DNA of 64,000 nucleotides, taken from NCBI GenBank assembly GCA_964551605.1, contig CAZKCV010000004.1, forward strand, positions 7,331-71,330. Direction: 5' to 3'. This DNA comes from an uncultured Gammaproteobacteria bacterium. GTDB taxonomy: Bacteria; Patescibacteriota; Microgenomatia; Daviesbacterales; UBA10151. The notes under the pieces were generated by a model that saw only the letters and a program-made list of their open reading frames with translations, did not search any database and was not told the DNA's origin. The translations under genes and the position numbers were made by a program. Positions 26,422-36,960 of this stretch are shown here, one piece after another. Positions within the stretch are counted from its first letter, which is position 1, and the number at the start of each line of letters is the position of its first letter.

Positions 26422-26844
26422 ATGAATAATAAAGTCTTAATTGCTATTATAGTCATTATTGCCCTTCTGGGATTAGGGTACTTTCTTTCCCAATCTGCCA
26501 ACCGGCAGCCAACGGTTCAAGTAGTCCCTTCCGCAAATCCGGAGCAAGTACAGGTATCGGAAGCTGTAAAAACCTTTGATGTAAAGGGGACGCCTTTTAA
26601 GTTTGAGCCGAATGAGATTAAGATCAAAAAGGGTGATCGGGTGAAGATCAATTTTAAGAACGAGCAAGGTATGCTGCATGACTTGACTATTGCAGACTTA
26701 AATGTCAGGACCAAACAAATTCCGGCCGGAGAGACGGATTCGATGGAGTTTGTAGCTGATAGAGCCGGAACATTTGACATGATCTGCAGCGTGCCAACAC
26801 ATGCTGATAAAGGGATGGTGGGGAAGTTTATTGTAGAAGAGTAA
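26422..26844 (+). CDS. Membrane-anchored cupredoxin-like (type-1 copper-like) protein
   Basis: N-terminal TM helix; H(MLHD)..C(ICSV)..H(THAD)..M(GMVG) ligand spacing. Its RBS AAGAAGGGAGGTGAGAAG is shared with the RiPP precursor ORF. Confidence 0.5.
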   Translation: MNNKVLIAIIVIIALLGLGYFLSQSANRQPTVQVVPSANPEQVQVSEAVKTFDVKGTPFKFEPNEIKIKKGDRVKINFKNEQGMLHDLTIADLNVRTKQIPAGETDSMEFVADRAGTFDMICSVPTHADKGMVGKFIVEE

Positions 26845-26847
26845 GTT

Positions 26848-27573
26848 TTACCGGATGTAAACTGCTTTGAAGTATTGTTTGAAGATATCCAGGGCTTCCT
26901 GGATATCTTCCTGTGTGGGCACAGGGCAATCTGCCAGGGGATTTTCTATACCCAGCTCTTTATACTTATAGAATCCGTAAGTATGGAAAGGTAAAATCTC
27001 CACTCTTTTAATGTTTCTATATTCAGTAAAGTACTTTCCCCATTTATGCAGAAACTCTGTCTGGTTGGTATATCCGGGTACCAGGACATAACGAAGCCAC
27101 ATGGGAATATTTTTTTCTTCTAAATATTTGGCAAACTGCAGCGTGGGTTCATTAGAAGCATTGGTGACTGTCTGATGCCAGACCGGGTCAATGTGTTTAA
27201 CATCAAGTAATACTAAATCTGTTACCTCTAAAAGTTTTTTGGCATCATCATCCAGAATAGAACCATTAGTATCTAAAGTAGTATTAAAGCCTAATTTTTT
27301 GGCTTTGGTAAAAAGGTCAAGTAATGGCTTTCTTTGCAGCAGTGATTCTCCGCCGGATACGGTCAGACCGCCTTTATCCTTAAAATAAGGCTCCTGTTTC
27401 TTAAGCAGTTCAATGATTTCTTCTGAGCGCATTAATTTACCGCCCTTGGTGGGCCTGGTATCCGGGTTGTGGCAATATAAACAGCGGAAATTACAGCCCT
27501 GCATAAAGACTACTAATCTGATGCCCGGTCCTTCATGGGTGCCGAGTGTCTCAATGGAGTGAACTTGGAGCAT
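26848..27573 (-). CDS. pflA: Pyruvate formate-lyase activating enzyme (radical SAM)
   Basis: GCNFRCLYCHN CX3CX2C motif near the N-terminus; 241 aa. Confidence 0.85.
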   Translation of the reverse strand: MLQVHSIETLGTHEGPGIRLVVFMQGCNFRCLYCHNPDTRPTKGGKLMRSEEIIELLKKQEPYFKDKGGLTVSGGESLLQRKPLLDLFTKAKKLGFNTTLDTNGSILDDDAKKLLEVTDLVLLDVKHIDPVWHQTVTNASNEPTLQFAKYLEEKNIPMWLRYVLVPGYTNQTEFLHKWGKYFTEYRNIKRVEILPFHTYGFYKYKELGIENPLADCPVPTQEDIQEALDIFKQYFKAVYIR

Positions 27574-27574
27574 A

Positions 27575-29800
27575 TTATTTCATTGACTCAAAGAAAGTTC
27601 TGGCTAAGACTTCCTGCTGGTGTTCCCGGGAAAGTTTGACAAAGTTCACGGCATAACCGGAAACCCTGATAGTTAATTGAGGGTATTCTTCCGGATGGGC
27701 CATAGCCAGAAGCAGCGTTTCCCGGTTTAGGACATTAACATTTAGATGTTGAGCCTTTTTATGAAAATAACCGTCAATTAAAGCCACCAGGTTATCAGTT
27801 TGTTCCTCTTTGCTTGCGCCTAAGGCCCGGGGGACAATGGAGAAGGTATTAGAAACGCCGTCCCTGGCGCTTTGATAATCAATTTTGGCTACGGAATTTA
27901 AGGAGGCGATAGCCCCCCGGCTGTCCCGGCCATGCATCGGGTTAGCCCCGGGAGCAAAAGGCTCACCGCCGGCTCTGCCGTCCGGAGTAGCGCCTGTTTT
28001 TTTGCCGTACATGACATTAGAAGTAATAGTTAAGATGGATAGGGTCGGAGTGGCATCCCGATAAATATAATGTTTCCGCAGTTCGTTATTAAAATCATCC
28101 ACCAGTTCCTTGGCGATTTTATCTACTTTATCATCATCATTGCCGTATTTAGGAAAATCACCTTCTATTCTAAAACCCTCAGTGATCCCGTTTTGATCGC
28201 GCAGGGGAGTGACTTTAGCATATTTGATGGCAGACAAAGAGTCAGCCGCCACTGATAAGCCGGCGATGCCAAAGGCCATGAGGCGGTCAAGGTCGCTGTC
28301 CAGAAGAGCCATCTGGACTCTTTCATAATAATATTTATCATGCATGTAATGGATAACATTCATGCTTTCTACATAAACTTTTACTACATGACTTAAGGTT
28401 TTTTTAAACTCCGTCATCACCTGGTTAAAGTCTAAGGCCCCATCATCAAGTCGCTTAATTACTTCGACCAAGGTTACACCGGTTTTTTCATCCTTACCCT
28501 CATTCAAAGCTAAAAGCAGGGTTTTAGGAAGGTTGCATCTGGCTCCAAAATACTGCATTTGGGAGCCGTTTTTTTGCTGGGAAACGCAGCAGGAGATGGC
28601 ATAATCATCGCAGTTGGCTATTTCCCTCATTAAATCGTCATTTTCATATTGAATGGCAGAGGTATCAATGGAGACTTTAGCTGCAAACTGCTTAAATTTT
28701 TCCGGCAGTTTCTCTGACCAGAGGACAGTGATATTAGGTTCTGGAGCCGGCCCCAGGTTATATAGAGATTGTAAAAAGCGGTAGGTGGTTTTAGTGACTT
28801 TGTGGCGGCCGTCTAAAAACATGCCGGCCAAGGATTCAGTCAGCCAGGTGGGGTCACCGGCAAAGATTTGGTCATAATCTTTGGTCCGAAGTTGCCTGAC
28901 TAATCTTAATTTAATAATGAATTGGTCCACTAATTCCTGGGCTTCTTCTTCAGTCAAGCGGCCCTCGCTAATATCTTTTTCGATATAAATATCAAAAAAG
29001 CTGCTGGTGTTACCTAAAGAAATGGCGGCGCCGTCCTGTTCTTTTAAGGCTGAGAGATACCCAAAATAAGTCCACTGGATTGCCTCTCTGGCAGTGGCAG
29101 CCGGTTGGCTGATATCAAAGCCGTAGGAGTCGGCTAATTCTTTGATTAAATGTAGGGCAGCAATTTGGTCACTGATTTCTTCCCGCTGCCTAATTGTCTC
29201 ATCAGTCATTGTGCCTGATTTTTGATCAAGATCTTTTTGTTTTGCTTCAATCAGCCGGTCAATACCATATAAAGCCACCCGGCGATAATCACCAATAATC
29301 CGGCCCCGGGCATAATTATCCGGCAGCCCGGTAATGACGCCAGTTGAGCGGTATTTTCTTACCTCTTCAGTATAAGCATCAAAAATGCCGTCGTTGTGGC
29401 TTTTGCGGTATTTGGAGAAGATTTCTTTAACTGCCGGATCAAGCTCAAAGCCATAATCTTTGCAGGCTTGTTCAACTACGCGGACTCCGCCAAAAGGTTT
29501 AATGGCCCGTTTTAGGGGTTCATCTGTTTGTAAACCGACAATTAGTTCCAAGTCTTTTTTGATATAGCCTGGTTTGTGACTGATGACAGTAGAAATGGTT
29601 TTAGTATCAATATCTAAAACTCCGCCTTTTGCTGCTTCTTTTTTAAGTAAAGTTTTGCAATAATCCCAGAGTTTTTCGGTTTTAGGGGAGGGACCCTTTA
29701 GAAACTCTGATCCGCCGTCATAAGGGGTTTGATTGTGGAATAAAAAATCCCGGACATCTATTACTTTCTCCCATTCGCCCTGTCTGAAGGGTTTATTCAT
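27575..29800 (-). CDS. pflB: Formate C-acetyltransferase (pyruvate formate-lyase; glycyl radical enzyme)
   Basis: 741 aa; C-terminal glycyl-radical motif [11 protein letters not shown]. Confidence 0.9.
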   Translation of the reverse strand: MNKPFRQGEWEKVIDVRDFLFHNQTPYDGGSEFLKGPSPKTEKLWDYCKTLLKKEAAKGGVLDIDTKTISTVISHKPGYIKKDLELIVGLQTDEPLKRAIKPFGGVRVVEQACKDYGFELDPAVKEIFSKYRKSHNDGIFDAYTEEVRKYRSTGVITGLPDNYARGRIIGDYRRVALYGIDRLIEAKQKDLDQKSGTMTDETIRQREEISDQIAALHLIKELADSYGFDISQPAATAREAIQWTYFGYLSALKEQDGAAISLGNTSSFFDIYIEKDISEGRLTEEEAQELVDQFIIKLRLVRQLRTKDYDQIFAGDPTWLTESLAGMFLDGRHKVTKTTYRFLQSLYNLGPAPEPNITVLWSEKLPEKFKQFAAKVSIDTSAIQYENDDLMREIANCDDYAISCCVSQQKNGSQMQYFGARCNLPKTLLLALNEGKDEKTGVTLVEVIKRLDDGALDFNQVMTEFKKTLSHVVKVYVESMNVIHYMHDKYYYERVQMALLDSDLDRLMAFGIAGLSVAADSLSAIKYAKVTPLRDQNGITEGFRIEGDFPKYGNDDDKVDKIAKELVDDFNNELRKHYIYRDATPTLSILTITSNVMYGKKTGATPDGRAGGEPFAPGANPMHGRDSRGAIASLNSVAKIDYQSARDGVSNTFSIVPRALGASKEEQTDNLVALIDGYFHKKAQHLNVNVLNRETLLLAMAHPEEYPQLTIRVSGYAVNFVKLSREHQQEVLARTFFESMK

Positions 29801-29881
29801 AGACTATTTATTATATCATTTTAAGAAACGGTAAACTCAAATTTTTACATTATTCTTACTTCTATTTGTTACAATAAATCC

Positions 29882-31051
29882 ATGATCCTTTATGAATATG
29901 AAGGCAAGAAGATGTTATCTGAGGCCGGAATTGCCGTTCCTAACGGACAAGTCATTGCATCTCCTGAACAAAAAGTACCATTAAATTACCCGATTGTATT
30001 AAAAGCTCAAGTTTTATCAGGGAAGCGGGCAGAAGCAGGCGGGATTGTAATGATTGAAAAACCCGGGGATTTAGAAAATAGCCTCAATAAATTACTTGGC
30101 AAGGTAGTTAATAGAGAAAAAGCAGAAAAAGTTTTAGCTGAGGAGAAAATAGATTTTGAAAAGGAATATTATGTTTCAATCTCTTATGATACTAATACCC
30201 GGGGACCAATCTTAACTATCTCCGAGCAGGGAGGAACGGGAGTAGAAAGTAGAGAGGTTAAAATTTACCCAATTGACCCCTTAGAACCCTTGAAAAACTT
30301 ATCTTTGAGCCTGGATCAGGAGCTTTTGAAGAAAATGCTAGATTTATTTTTTGCAGTAGACAGTTTGTTATTAGAAATTAATCCATTAGTGCTGACTAGG
30401 GCAGGGCTGTGGGTGGCACTGGATGCAAAAATCAAATTAGATGATGCGGCAGCCGGCCGCCACAGCGATTGGAATTTTCCCAGCCGCTCAGCCCCGGGCC
30501 ATACCCCGACTCAAAATGAAATTGAAGCCAAGAAAATAGATGAAGGTGATTACCGGGGAGTGGCCGGCTCAGCCTATTTTGATCTTCCCGGAGATATTGC
30601 CGTATTGGCTTCCGGCGGGGGAGCCTCTTTAGCTGCTATGGATGCATTAATTAAAGTTGGCGGCAAACCGGCTAATTACACTGAATACGGGGGCAACCCG
30701 CCCCGGGAGAAAGTGGCAAAGTTAACTAAAGTTGTCTTAGGTAAGCCAAACTTAAACGGTTTATGGGTGGTAGGGGCCTTGGCTAATTTTACCAATATTT
30801 ATGAAACTTTATCCGGGTTTATTGAGGGATTGCGGGAAGCAGAAAAACTCCTGGGTAAAAAATTTGATTTTCCGATTGTGATAAGAAGAGCCGGGCCGGA
30901 AGATCAAAAAGCCCGGCAGATGTTAAAAGAAGTCAAAGATTTTGACCTGCATGTTTACGGTGAAGAGACTTCCATTACTGAATCAGCAGTCATAATTGCC
31001 GGGTTAGCCAGGGAGTATGAAATGAGGAGGAAAAATGTTACTTCTTCCTGA
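29882..31051 (+). CDS. Succinyl-CoA synthetase beta-like ATP-grasp subunit (possible citryl-CoA synthetase large subunit)
   Basis: SucC-like N-terminus MILYEYEGKKML; ligase-CoA domain GDIAVLASGGGASLAAMDALIKVGGKPANYTEYGGN. Confidence 0.65.
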   Translation: MILYEYEGKKMLSEAGIAVPNGQVIASPEQKVPLNYPIVLKAQVLSGKRAEAGGIVMIEKPGDLENSLNKLLGKVVNREKAEKVLAEEKIDFEKEYYVSISYDTNTRGPILTISEQGGTGVESREVKIYPIDPLEPLKNLSLSLDQELLKKMLDLFFAVDSLLLEINPLVLTRAGLWVALDAKIKLDDAAAGRHSDWNFPSRSAPGHTPTQNEIEAKKIDEGDYRGVAGSAYFDLPGDIAVLASGGGASLAAMDALIKVGGKPANYTEYGGNPPREKVAKLTKVVLGKPNLNGLWVVGALANFTNIYETLSGFIEGLREAEKLLGKKFDFPIVIRRAGPEDQKARQMLKEVKDFDLHVYGEETSITESAVIIAGLAREYEMRRKNVTSS

Positions 31052-31928
31052 AAATGCCAAAATTATCGGCCAGGGGATTACCGGTGCAGAAGGATCGCAA
31101 GCCCTAGAATGGATGCAAAAATACGGCACTCAGGTGGTGGGCGGGGTGACGCCGGGTAAAGGCGGACAAGAGGTATTGGGAGTACCTATCTTTAATTCGG
31201 TTAAGGAATGCCTGGATCAGGTTAGCGGTGTAATAGGTTCAGTAATTTATGTGCCACCGCTTTTTGCCAAAAATGCCGTAATTGAGGCAATAGAGGCCGG
31301 TATAAAGTGGATTTTAATAGTAACGGAAAAAATTCCCACTGCTGATACAGCTTTTTTTTACAGGCTAGCCTGTAAAAATGGGGTCAGTATCATCGGTCCC
31401 AGCTCTGCCGGGATGATTTCACCGTCAAAGCGGATTAAGATAGGTTCTATCGGCGGACCACAGCCGCAAAGATCTTATGTACCGGGACATATTGCAGTGA
31501 TTTCCAAATCCGGCAGCATGACTTCAGAAATCAGTTTACATCTTAAAAACCATGGTTTAGGGGTTTCCTGGGCCACCTGTATTGGCGGAGACAGAATTAT
31601 TGGTACGGACTTTGCGGATTTACTGTTAGAGCTGGAAACAGATCCGGAAACTGTCGCCTCAGTTATTTTTGGAGAACTTGGGGGCACTTATGAGGAAAAA
31701 GTGGCAAAACTTAAAGCTTCAGGTAAACTTAAAAAACCGGTAGTTGCTTTTATCGGGGGGGAGTTTACCATGAGTTTGCCGTCTGAGATGCAATTTGGCC
31801 ATGCCGGTGCCATAATAGAAGGTAAGATAGGGCAGCCGGCTGAAAAAAGAAGGATTTTACGTGAGGCAGGTATTGCGGTAGCAGATAATCTGGATGATAT
31901 TGCCGGATTAGTGAAGGAGGCATTATGA
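31035..31928 (+). CDS. Succinyl-CoA synthetase alpha-like CoA-binding subunit with a phospho-His loop
   Basis: GQGITGAEGS..VGGVTPGKGG and the catalytic His in QFGHAGAIIEGK. Confidence 0.65.
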   Translation: MLLLPENAKIIGQGITGAEGSQALEWMQKYGTQVVGGVTPGKGGQEVLGVPIFNSVKECLDQVSGVIGSVIYVPPLFAKNAVIEAIEAGIKWILIVTEKIPTADTAFFYRLACKNGVSIIGPSSAGMISPSKRIKIGSIGGPQPQRSYVPGHIAVISKSGSMTSEISLHLKNHGLGVSWATCIGGDRIIGTDFADLLLELETDPETVASVIFGELGGTYEEKVAKLKASGKLKKPVVAFIGGEFTMSLPSEMQFGHAGAIIEGKIGQPAEKRRILREAGIAVADNLDDIAGLVKEAL

Positions 31929-32596
31929 GTAAAACAGTCATACATAATGAATCAGGAGAAGCTAAATTTGGGGAGCAGGATCATCTGCAGTTGGCTCGGA
32001 CAGTCAGTTTTTCTGCTTTAATTTTTGAACTGCTGTCAGAAAAATCTCCCACAAAAGAGGAGCTTAAGCTTTTTGATTTAATGCTTAATTTATCAATTGA
32101 TCACGGCCCGGATGCTCCGTCAGCAGCTGCTACCATTCAGGCAGCCAAAGAAGGTAAAGGCTTTGGTGAAGCAGTGGGAGAAGGAATTGCCCGGATAAAC
32201 GAGACTCATGGCGGGGCGATAGAACCATTGATGGAGATTTTGTATAGGCAACAGGAAACAGGCATCAGGATACAGGATTTGGTGAAGGAGTATATAGAAC
32301 AGGATAAAAAGATTCCGGGGTTAGGGCATAGATTGTATAAAGACAAAGACCCCCGGACTGAGATAATTTTTCAAACTGCCGGTAAGTTAAATATCGGGGA
32401 AGAATATATGCAAATTATCAAAGAAATCAGGGATGAATTTGAAAAACAGTCCGGAAAAAGTCTGGTGATAAATATTGACGGAGCGATAGCAGCAGTGTTG
32501 TGTGGTTTTGGCTGGCCAAGTAAATTAGGGAAAGCTGTATTCATTATTGCCCGGACTCCGGGTCTATGCGGCCACTTTCTGAACACTAAATCTTAG
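31925..32596 (+). CDS. Citrate synthase-like small protein (citryl-CoA lyase / ATP-citrate lyase C-domain-like)
   Basis: GLGHRLYKDKDPR resembles the citrate synthase GFGHRVYK His motif; 223 aa. Confidence 0.45.
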   Translation: MSKTVIHNESGEAKFGEQDHLQLARTVSFSALIFELLSEKSPTKEELKLFDLMLNLSIDHGPDAPSAAATIQAAKEGKGFGEAVGEGIARINETHGGAIEPLMEILYRQQETGIRIQDLVKEYIEQDKKIPGLGHRLYKDKDPRTEIIFQTAGKLNIGEEYMQIIKEIRDEFEKQSGKSLVINIDGAIAAVLCGFGWPSKLGKAVFIIARTPGLCGHFLNTKS

Positions 32597-32629
32597 CTTT
32601 TTGATACTCCAAGCGGTATAATTTGCAGA

Positions 32630-33364
32630 ATGAAAAACAGTTTGCAAATTAAGGGGTTGTCAGTGTCAGTGGAAGGAAAAACAGTAGTTGAAGGGGTAAA
32701 TTTAACAATTAATCCCGGGGAAGTACATGCCTTAATGGGGCCGAATGGCTCAGGCAAGTCCAGCTTAGCTTTATCCTTAATGGGTCATCCAGGTTACAAA
32801 ATAATAACCGGTCAGGCTACCATAGCGGGTGCTGACCTACTGGTTTTAGAACCAAACGAACGGGTCAAAAAAGGTTTATTCCTAACATTCCAAAATCCGG
32901 TTGCTGTGCCCGGAGTCACTTTAGGGCAGCTGACCTGGTCTGCATATCAAAATATTGCCGGTAAAAAGGCTATAGATTTAAGGGATTTTTATACGGAAGT
33001 TAAAAGGAAAGCTAAAGATTTAGGATTAAAAGAAGAAATTTTAGACAGATTTGTGAATGATGGTTTCTCCGGCGGGGAAAAGAAAAAGGCGGAAATACTC
33101 ATGCTTTTAAGTTTAACCCCGAAATTTGTGATTTTTGATGAAATAGATTCCGGTTTAGATATAGATAGCCTTAAAAGTATTACTACTGCTATTAGCAGAT
33201 TAATTAAAGATAATACCGGTATTTTACTGATTACCCATAATCAAAGAATCCTAAAACAGATAAAAGCTGACTTTGTACATGTTTTAAAAGCAGGAAGGAT
33301 TATCAAAAGTGGTAATCATCAGTTAGCAGTTCAGATTGAGGAAAAAGGTTATGCAAAAGTTTAA
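32630..33364 (+). CDS. sufC: Fe-S cluster assembly ATPase SufC
   Basis: Walker A GPNGSGKSS, ABC signature FSGGEKKK and Walker B FDEIDSGLD. Confidence 0.85.
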   Translation: MKNSLQIKGLSVSVEGKTVVEGVNLTINPGEVHALMGPNGSGKSSLALSLMGHPGYKIITGQATIAGADLLVLEPNERVKKGLFLTFQNPVAVPGVTLGQLTWSAYQNIAGKKAIDLRDFYTEVKRKAKDLGLKEEILDRFVNDGFSGGEKKKAEILMLLSLTPKFVIFDEIDSGLDIDSLKSITTAISRLIKDNTGILLITHNQRILKQIKADFVHVLKAGRIIKSGNHQLAVQIEEKGYAKV

Positions 33365-34679
33365 AGGTTTAAACAAACAAACTGTTAAAGATATTTCGGC
33401 TTACAAAAGCGAGCCGGAGTGGATGAAAAGCTTAAGATTGCAGGCTTTAGAGTATTTTGAAAAAATGCCCCTACTAACTTTTGGGGGAGATTTAAGTGGA
33501 TTGGATTTTGAAAAAATCCAGTATTTTGTTAAATCCACTGATGGAATTAAGCATTCCTGGAAGGATGTCCCCTCAGAGATTAAAAGGACTTATGAAAAAT
33601 TAGGCATCCCCAGGATCGAACAGAAGTTTTTGGCCGGGGTAAAAGCCCAATGGGACAGTGAAATGGTCTATGGATCGCTGTTGAAGGATCTGGAAGAGCA
33701 GGGGGTGGTATTTTTAAGTATGGATGAGGGGTTGCAGAAATATCCGGAACTGGTAAAACAATACTTTGGCACAGTTATAAAGCCTGATGAGCACAAGTTT
33801 GCTGCTTTAAATTCAGCTGTCTGGTCCGGCGGCTGTTTCATCTATGTGCCGCCTGAGGTTTCCATCAGCTTGCCGCTTCAGGCTTATTTCCGTCTGAGCG
33901 CCAAGAATATCGGCCAGTTTGAGCGGACTTTAATTATTGCCGATGAAGACAGTTTCATCCATTACATTGAAGGCTGCAGCAGCCCGGTTTATACCACGGA
34001 TAGCTTACATGCCGGTGTGGTAGAAATAATTGTTAAAAAAGGGGCCCGGGTGCGCTATACCACAGTTCAAAACTGGTCTAAAAATGTCTATAACCTGGTC
34101 AGTAAACGGGCTCTAGTGCAAGAGAATGGAATCATGGAATGGGTGGATTTTAACAGCGGGTCAAAACTCACCATGAAATACCCCTCAGCAGTGCTGGCCG
34201 GTAAAGGAGCCAGATTGGAAATGCTCTCTTTAGTCATGGCCGGACCTAAGCAATACTTAGATTGCGGCGGCAAAGCCATTCATCTGGCTTCAGATACTTC
34301 ATCCGTTATTAACTCTAAATCAGTCAGTTTCAAAGGAGGGATTACTTCATATCGGGGGTTGGTTAAAATAGCTTCAGGAGTCAAAGACGTCAGATCCAAA
34401 ACCGTTTGCCAGGCTTTGATTTTGGATGAAAAATCCAAATCTGAAACATATCCTGCTATTTCGGCTATTGGTCCAAACTCTGAAGTATCTCATGAAGCCA
34501 CAGTTTCCCGACTATCCGAAGAGCAGATTTTTTATCTGCAAAGCCGGGGGATTACTGAGAGTGAAGCCCAGGCGATGATTGTGAATGGTTTTATCAAGCC
34601 GCTGGTCAAAGAGTTGCCTTTTGAATATGCGGTGGAGTTAAACCAATTAATCAGGTTAGAAATGAAAGGAGCATTATGA
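33336..34679 (+). CDS. sufB: Fe-S cluster assembly protein SufB/SufD family
   Basis: SufB-like beta-helix region with conserved HxxxxxS..C motifs; 447 aa. Confidence 0.8.
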   Translation: MRKKVMQKFKGLNKQTVKDISAYKSEPEWMKSLRLQALEYFEKMPLLTFGGDLSGLDFEKIQYFVKSTDGIKHSWKDVPSEIKRTYEKLGIPRIEQKFLAGVKAQWDSEMVYGSLLKDLEEQGVVFLSMDEGLQKYPELVKQYFGTVIKPDEHKFAALNSAVWSGGCFIYVPPEVSISLPLQAYFRLSAKNIGQFERTLIIADEDSFIHYIEGCSSPVYTTDSLHAGVVEIIVKKGARVRYTTVQNWSKNVYNLVSKRALVQENGIMEWVDFNSGSKLTMKYPSAVLAGKGARLEMLSLVMAGPKQYLDCGGKAIHLASDTSSVINSKSVSFKGGITSYRGLVKIASGVKDVRSKTVCQALILDEKSKSETYPAISAIGPNSEVSHEATVSRLSEEQIFYLQSRGITESEAQAMIVNGFIKPLVKELPFEYAVELNQLIRLEMKGAL

Positions 34680-35851
34680 GAAAAGTTCAAAGTGATTTTC
34701 CAATACTTAATAAAAAAAGCAGAAAGCTTGTTTATTTGGATTCTGCTGCAACTTCTTTAAAACCAAAACAAGTGATTAAGTCTGTGACTGATTTTTATGA
34801 GAACTACTCAGCTAATGTGCATCGGGGTATATATCAGGAATCGGAAGAAGCGACAGAAAACTATGAAGGCGTCAGGGATAAAGTGGCTAAGTTAATAAAT
34901 TCAGACAGCAGTGAGGTGATTTTTACTAAAAATGCCACTGAAGCCATTAATCTGGTGGCTAAAACATGGGAAAGCGTAAAGCGTAAAGGGGAAAGGGGAA
35001 AGAAAATTTTAACTACAGTGATGGAGCATCACAGTAATTTAATTCCCTGGCAAAAGCTATTAGGTTCAAAATTAGTTTTCTTAGATATCAATAATAACGG
35101 AGAATTAGATTTATCTGATTTGGAAAATCAGCTAAAAGGAGTTTCTTTAGTAGCAGTTGCCCATGTGTCTAATGTTTTAGGAACCATTAATCCGGTAGAA
35201 AAGATTATTAAAGCAGCTCATGAGGATGGAGCTTTAGTCTTGATTGACGGCGCCCAGGCAGCCGGACATATGAGAGTGGATATTAAAAAATTAGGCTGTG
35301 ATTTTTATGTGTTTTCCGGCCATAAAATGTTAGGTCCAAGCGGGGTAGGGGTACTATGGATGAGAAAGGAAATTGCAGAGAGTCTGCCGCCATTTTTAAC
35401 CGGCGGGGGGATGGTGGGGCAGGACACACCATATAAGTTTGAAGCAGGTACCCCCAATATAGAAGGGGTAATCGGTTTGGGAGCAGCTATAGATTATTTA
35501 CGAAATGTAGGGATGGATAAAATCAGGGAGCATGAAAAAACATTAACTGAATATGCTCTGAAGAAGTTTTCCCGGGTAAGAGGTCTGACTGTATATGGCC
35601 CTTTGGATATAAATAAACGGGGAGGAGTAATTGCTTTTAATATTGAGGGTATTCACCCTCATGATCTGGCCAGTTTACTGGATAATGACGGTATTGCCAT
35701 CCGGGCCGGGCATCATTGCGCTATGCCATTGCATGAGAGATTGGGAATCAAAGCCTCTGCCCGGATCAGCTTTTATATCTATAACAGTATTAGAGACATA
35801 GACAGGTTGGTTGTTAGCCTGCAAAAGATCAAGCGCTTACTTAAAGTATAA
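34676..35851 (+). CDS. sufS: Cysteine desulfurase SufS
   Basis: PLP-Lys motif SGHKMLGPSG and class V aminotransferase fold. Contains an in-frame family-A G-rich insert (34968-35002, encoding KRKGERGKK). Confidence 0.85.
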   Translation: MRKVQSDFPILNKKSRKLVYLDSAATSLKPKQVIKSVTDFYENYSANVHRGIYQESEEATENYEGVRDKVAKLINSDSSEVIFTKNATEAINLVAKTWESVKRKGERGKKILTTVMEHHSNLIPWQKLLGSKLVFLDINNNGELDLSDLENQLKGVSLVAVAHVSNVLGTINPVEKIIKAAHEDGALVLIDGAQAAGHMRVDIKKLGCDFYVFSGHKMLGPSGVGVLWMRKEIAESLPPFLTGGGMVGQDTPYKFEAGTPNIEGVIGLGAAIDYLRNVGMDKIREHEKTLTEYALKKFSRVRGLTVYGPLDINKRGGVIAFNIEGIHPHDLASLLDNDGIAIRAGHHCAMPLHERLGIKASARISFYIYNSIRDIDRLVVSLQKIKRLLKV

Positions 35852-35853
35852 CT

Positions 35854-36249
35854 ATGGATTTAACACAGGAAATTATTTTGCAGCATGGAAGGCACTCTCC
35901 TTTTAAAGGGAAGCTTAAAAATCCTACTTTTAGTTCAAAGCTGGAAAATCCCCTGTGTGGTGATGAGATCAGGATTGAAATAAGGTTAGAAAAAGATCAG
36001 GTTGTAGAAATTGGTTTTACCGGGGACGGCTGTTTAATTTCTCAGGCAGCAGCCAGTTTATTAGTAGGGGAAGCAAAAAAGGTAAGAAACTTAAGTAAAA
36101 TTAAAAAATTTAATCAGGAAACAGTGCTTGAGCTTTTAGGTATTAAGTTAACTCTTTCCAGGATTCAATGCGCCATGTTGTCAGTAGAGGTTTTGCGAGA
36201 GATAGTTGGGTATTCATCTTCCAGCACCAAGTCAGCCAAGGTGGGTTGA
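35854..36249 (+). CDS. sufU: SufU/IscU-like Fe-S scaffold / sulfur acceptor
   Basis: CGDEI and GDGCLIS conserved Cys motifs; 131 aa. Confidence 0.7.
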   Translation: MDLTQEIILQHGRHSPFKGKLKNPTFSSKLENPLCGDEIRIEIRLEKDQVVEIGFTGDGCLISQAAASLLVGEAKKVRNLSKIKKFNQETVLELLGIKLTLSRIQCAMLSVEVLREIVGYSSSSTKSAKVG

Positions 36250-36438
36250 TGATCTGAGTCTGGTGGAACCTTTATAGCTTCCCAAGAGCTTTTAATCAGA
36301 CGCTTGAACCTCGAGCCAATACGAGGATCTTTTTCGCAACTTTTCATAATTGTTATTTTAACATACACTAATTAATGTATAATGTCAGGCTGTTGTGGGG
36401 TGTTAGTGTTTTTTTCGACTAACTAAAATAAGGGAGAT

Positions 36439-36960
36439 ATGGTAAACGGACAAATTATTTTAGCCTGTGATGAGGCAGGCGCATTTGAAGAATATATTCC
36501 CAAAGAAGTAGGTCATACCGGCGTAGGCAGGAGACATCAGGCAATTGCAGTATTGCTTCATAATGATAAAGCCGAGGTTTTGTTGCAAAGAAGAAAGCAC
36601 CAGGTATTTGATAATATCTGGGATATCACCGGAGCCACTCATCCGTTACACAAAGAAGACGGTAGAGATGAAACTTTAGAGGAAGCCACCAGGCGTTGTC
36701 TGAAAGATGAGTGGGATATTAAAGAAATAGGGGAACTTAGGGAAGTCGGAGTTTATAATTATTTTGCCAGATATAACGGATTTTGCGAGAACGAGTACTG
36801 CCACTTACTTACAGGAGAATATAATGGTGATTTTAAGTTAAATCCAGAGATCGGTTATGAATATAAATGGATAAAAAAAGGGGACTTTTTGGAAGACATT
36901 GGGAAAAATCCGCAAAAATATTCTCCCTGGGCTGTTAAAGCTGCAGAATTACTAGAATAA
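36439..36960 (+). CDS. Nudix hydrolase, type-1 IPP isomerase-like
   Basis: IDI-1-like HQAIAVLLHN..LLQRR..W.. and ENEYCHLL. The catalytic Cys position reads ITGATHP (Ala), so activity is uncertain. Confidence 0.5.
   Translation: MVNGQIILACDEAGAFEEYIPKEVGHTGVGRRHQAIAVLLHNDKAEVLLQRRKHQVFDNIWDITGATHPLHKEDGRDETLEEATRRCLKDEWDIKEIGELREVGVYNYFARYNGFCENEYCHLLTGEYNGDFKLNPEIGYEYKWIKKGDFLEDIGKNPQKYSPWAVKAAELLE

Noticed and set aside
36165-36368. 67-aa minus-strand ORF overlapping the sufU 3' end and intergenic region
   Set aside because: No RBS and no motif; the region more likely holds the extended -10 promoter (TGTATAAT, 36376-36383) for the downstream idi-like gene.
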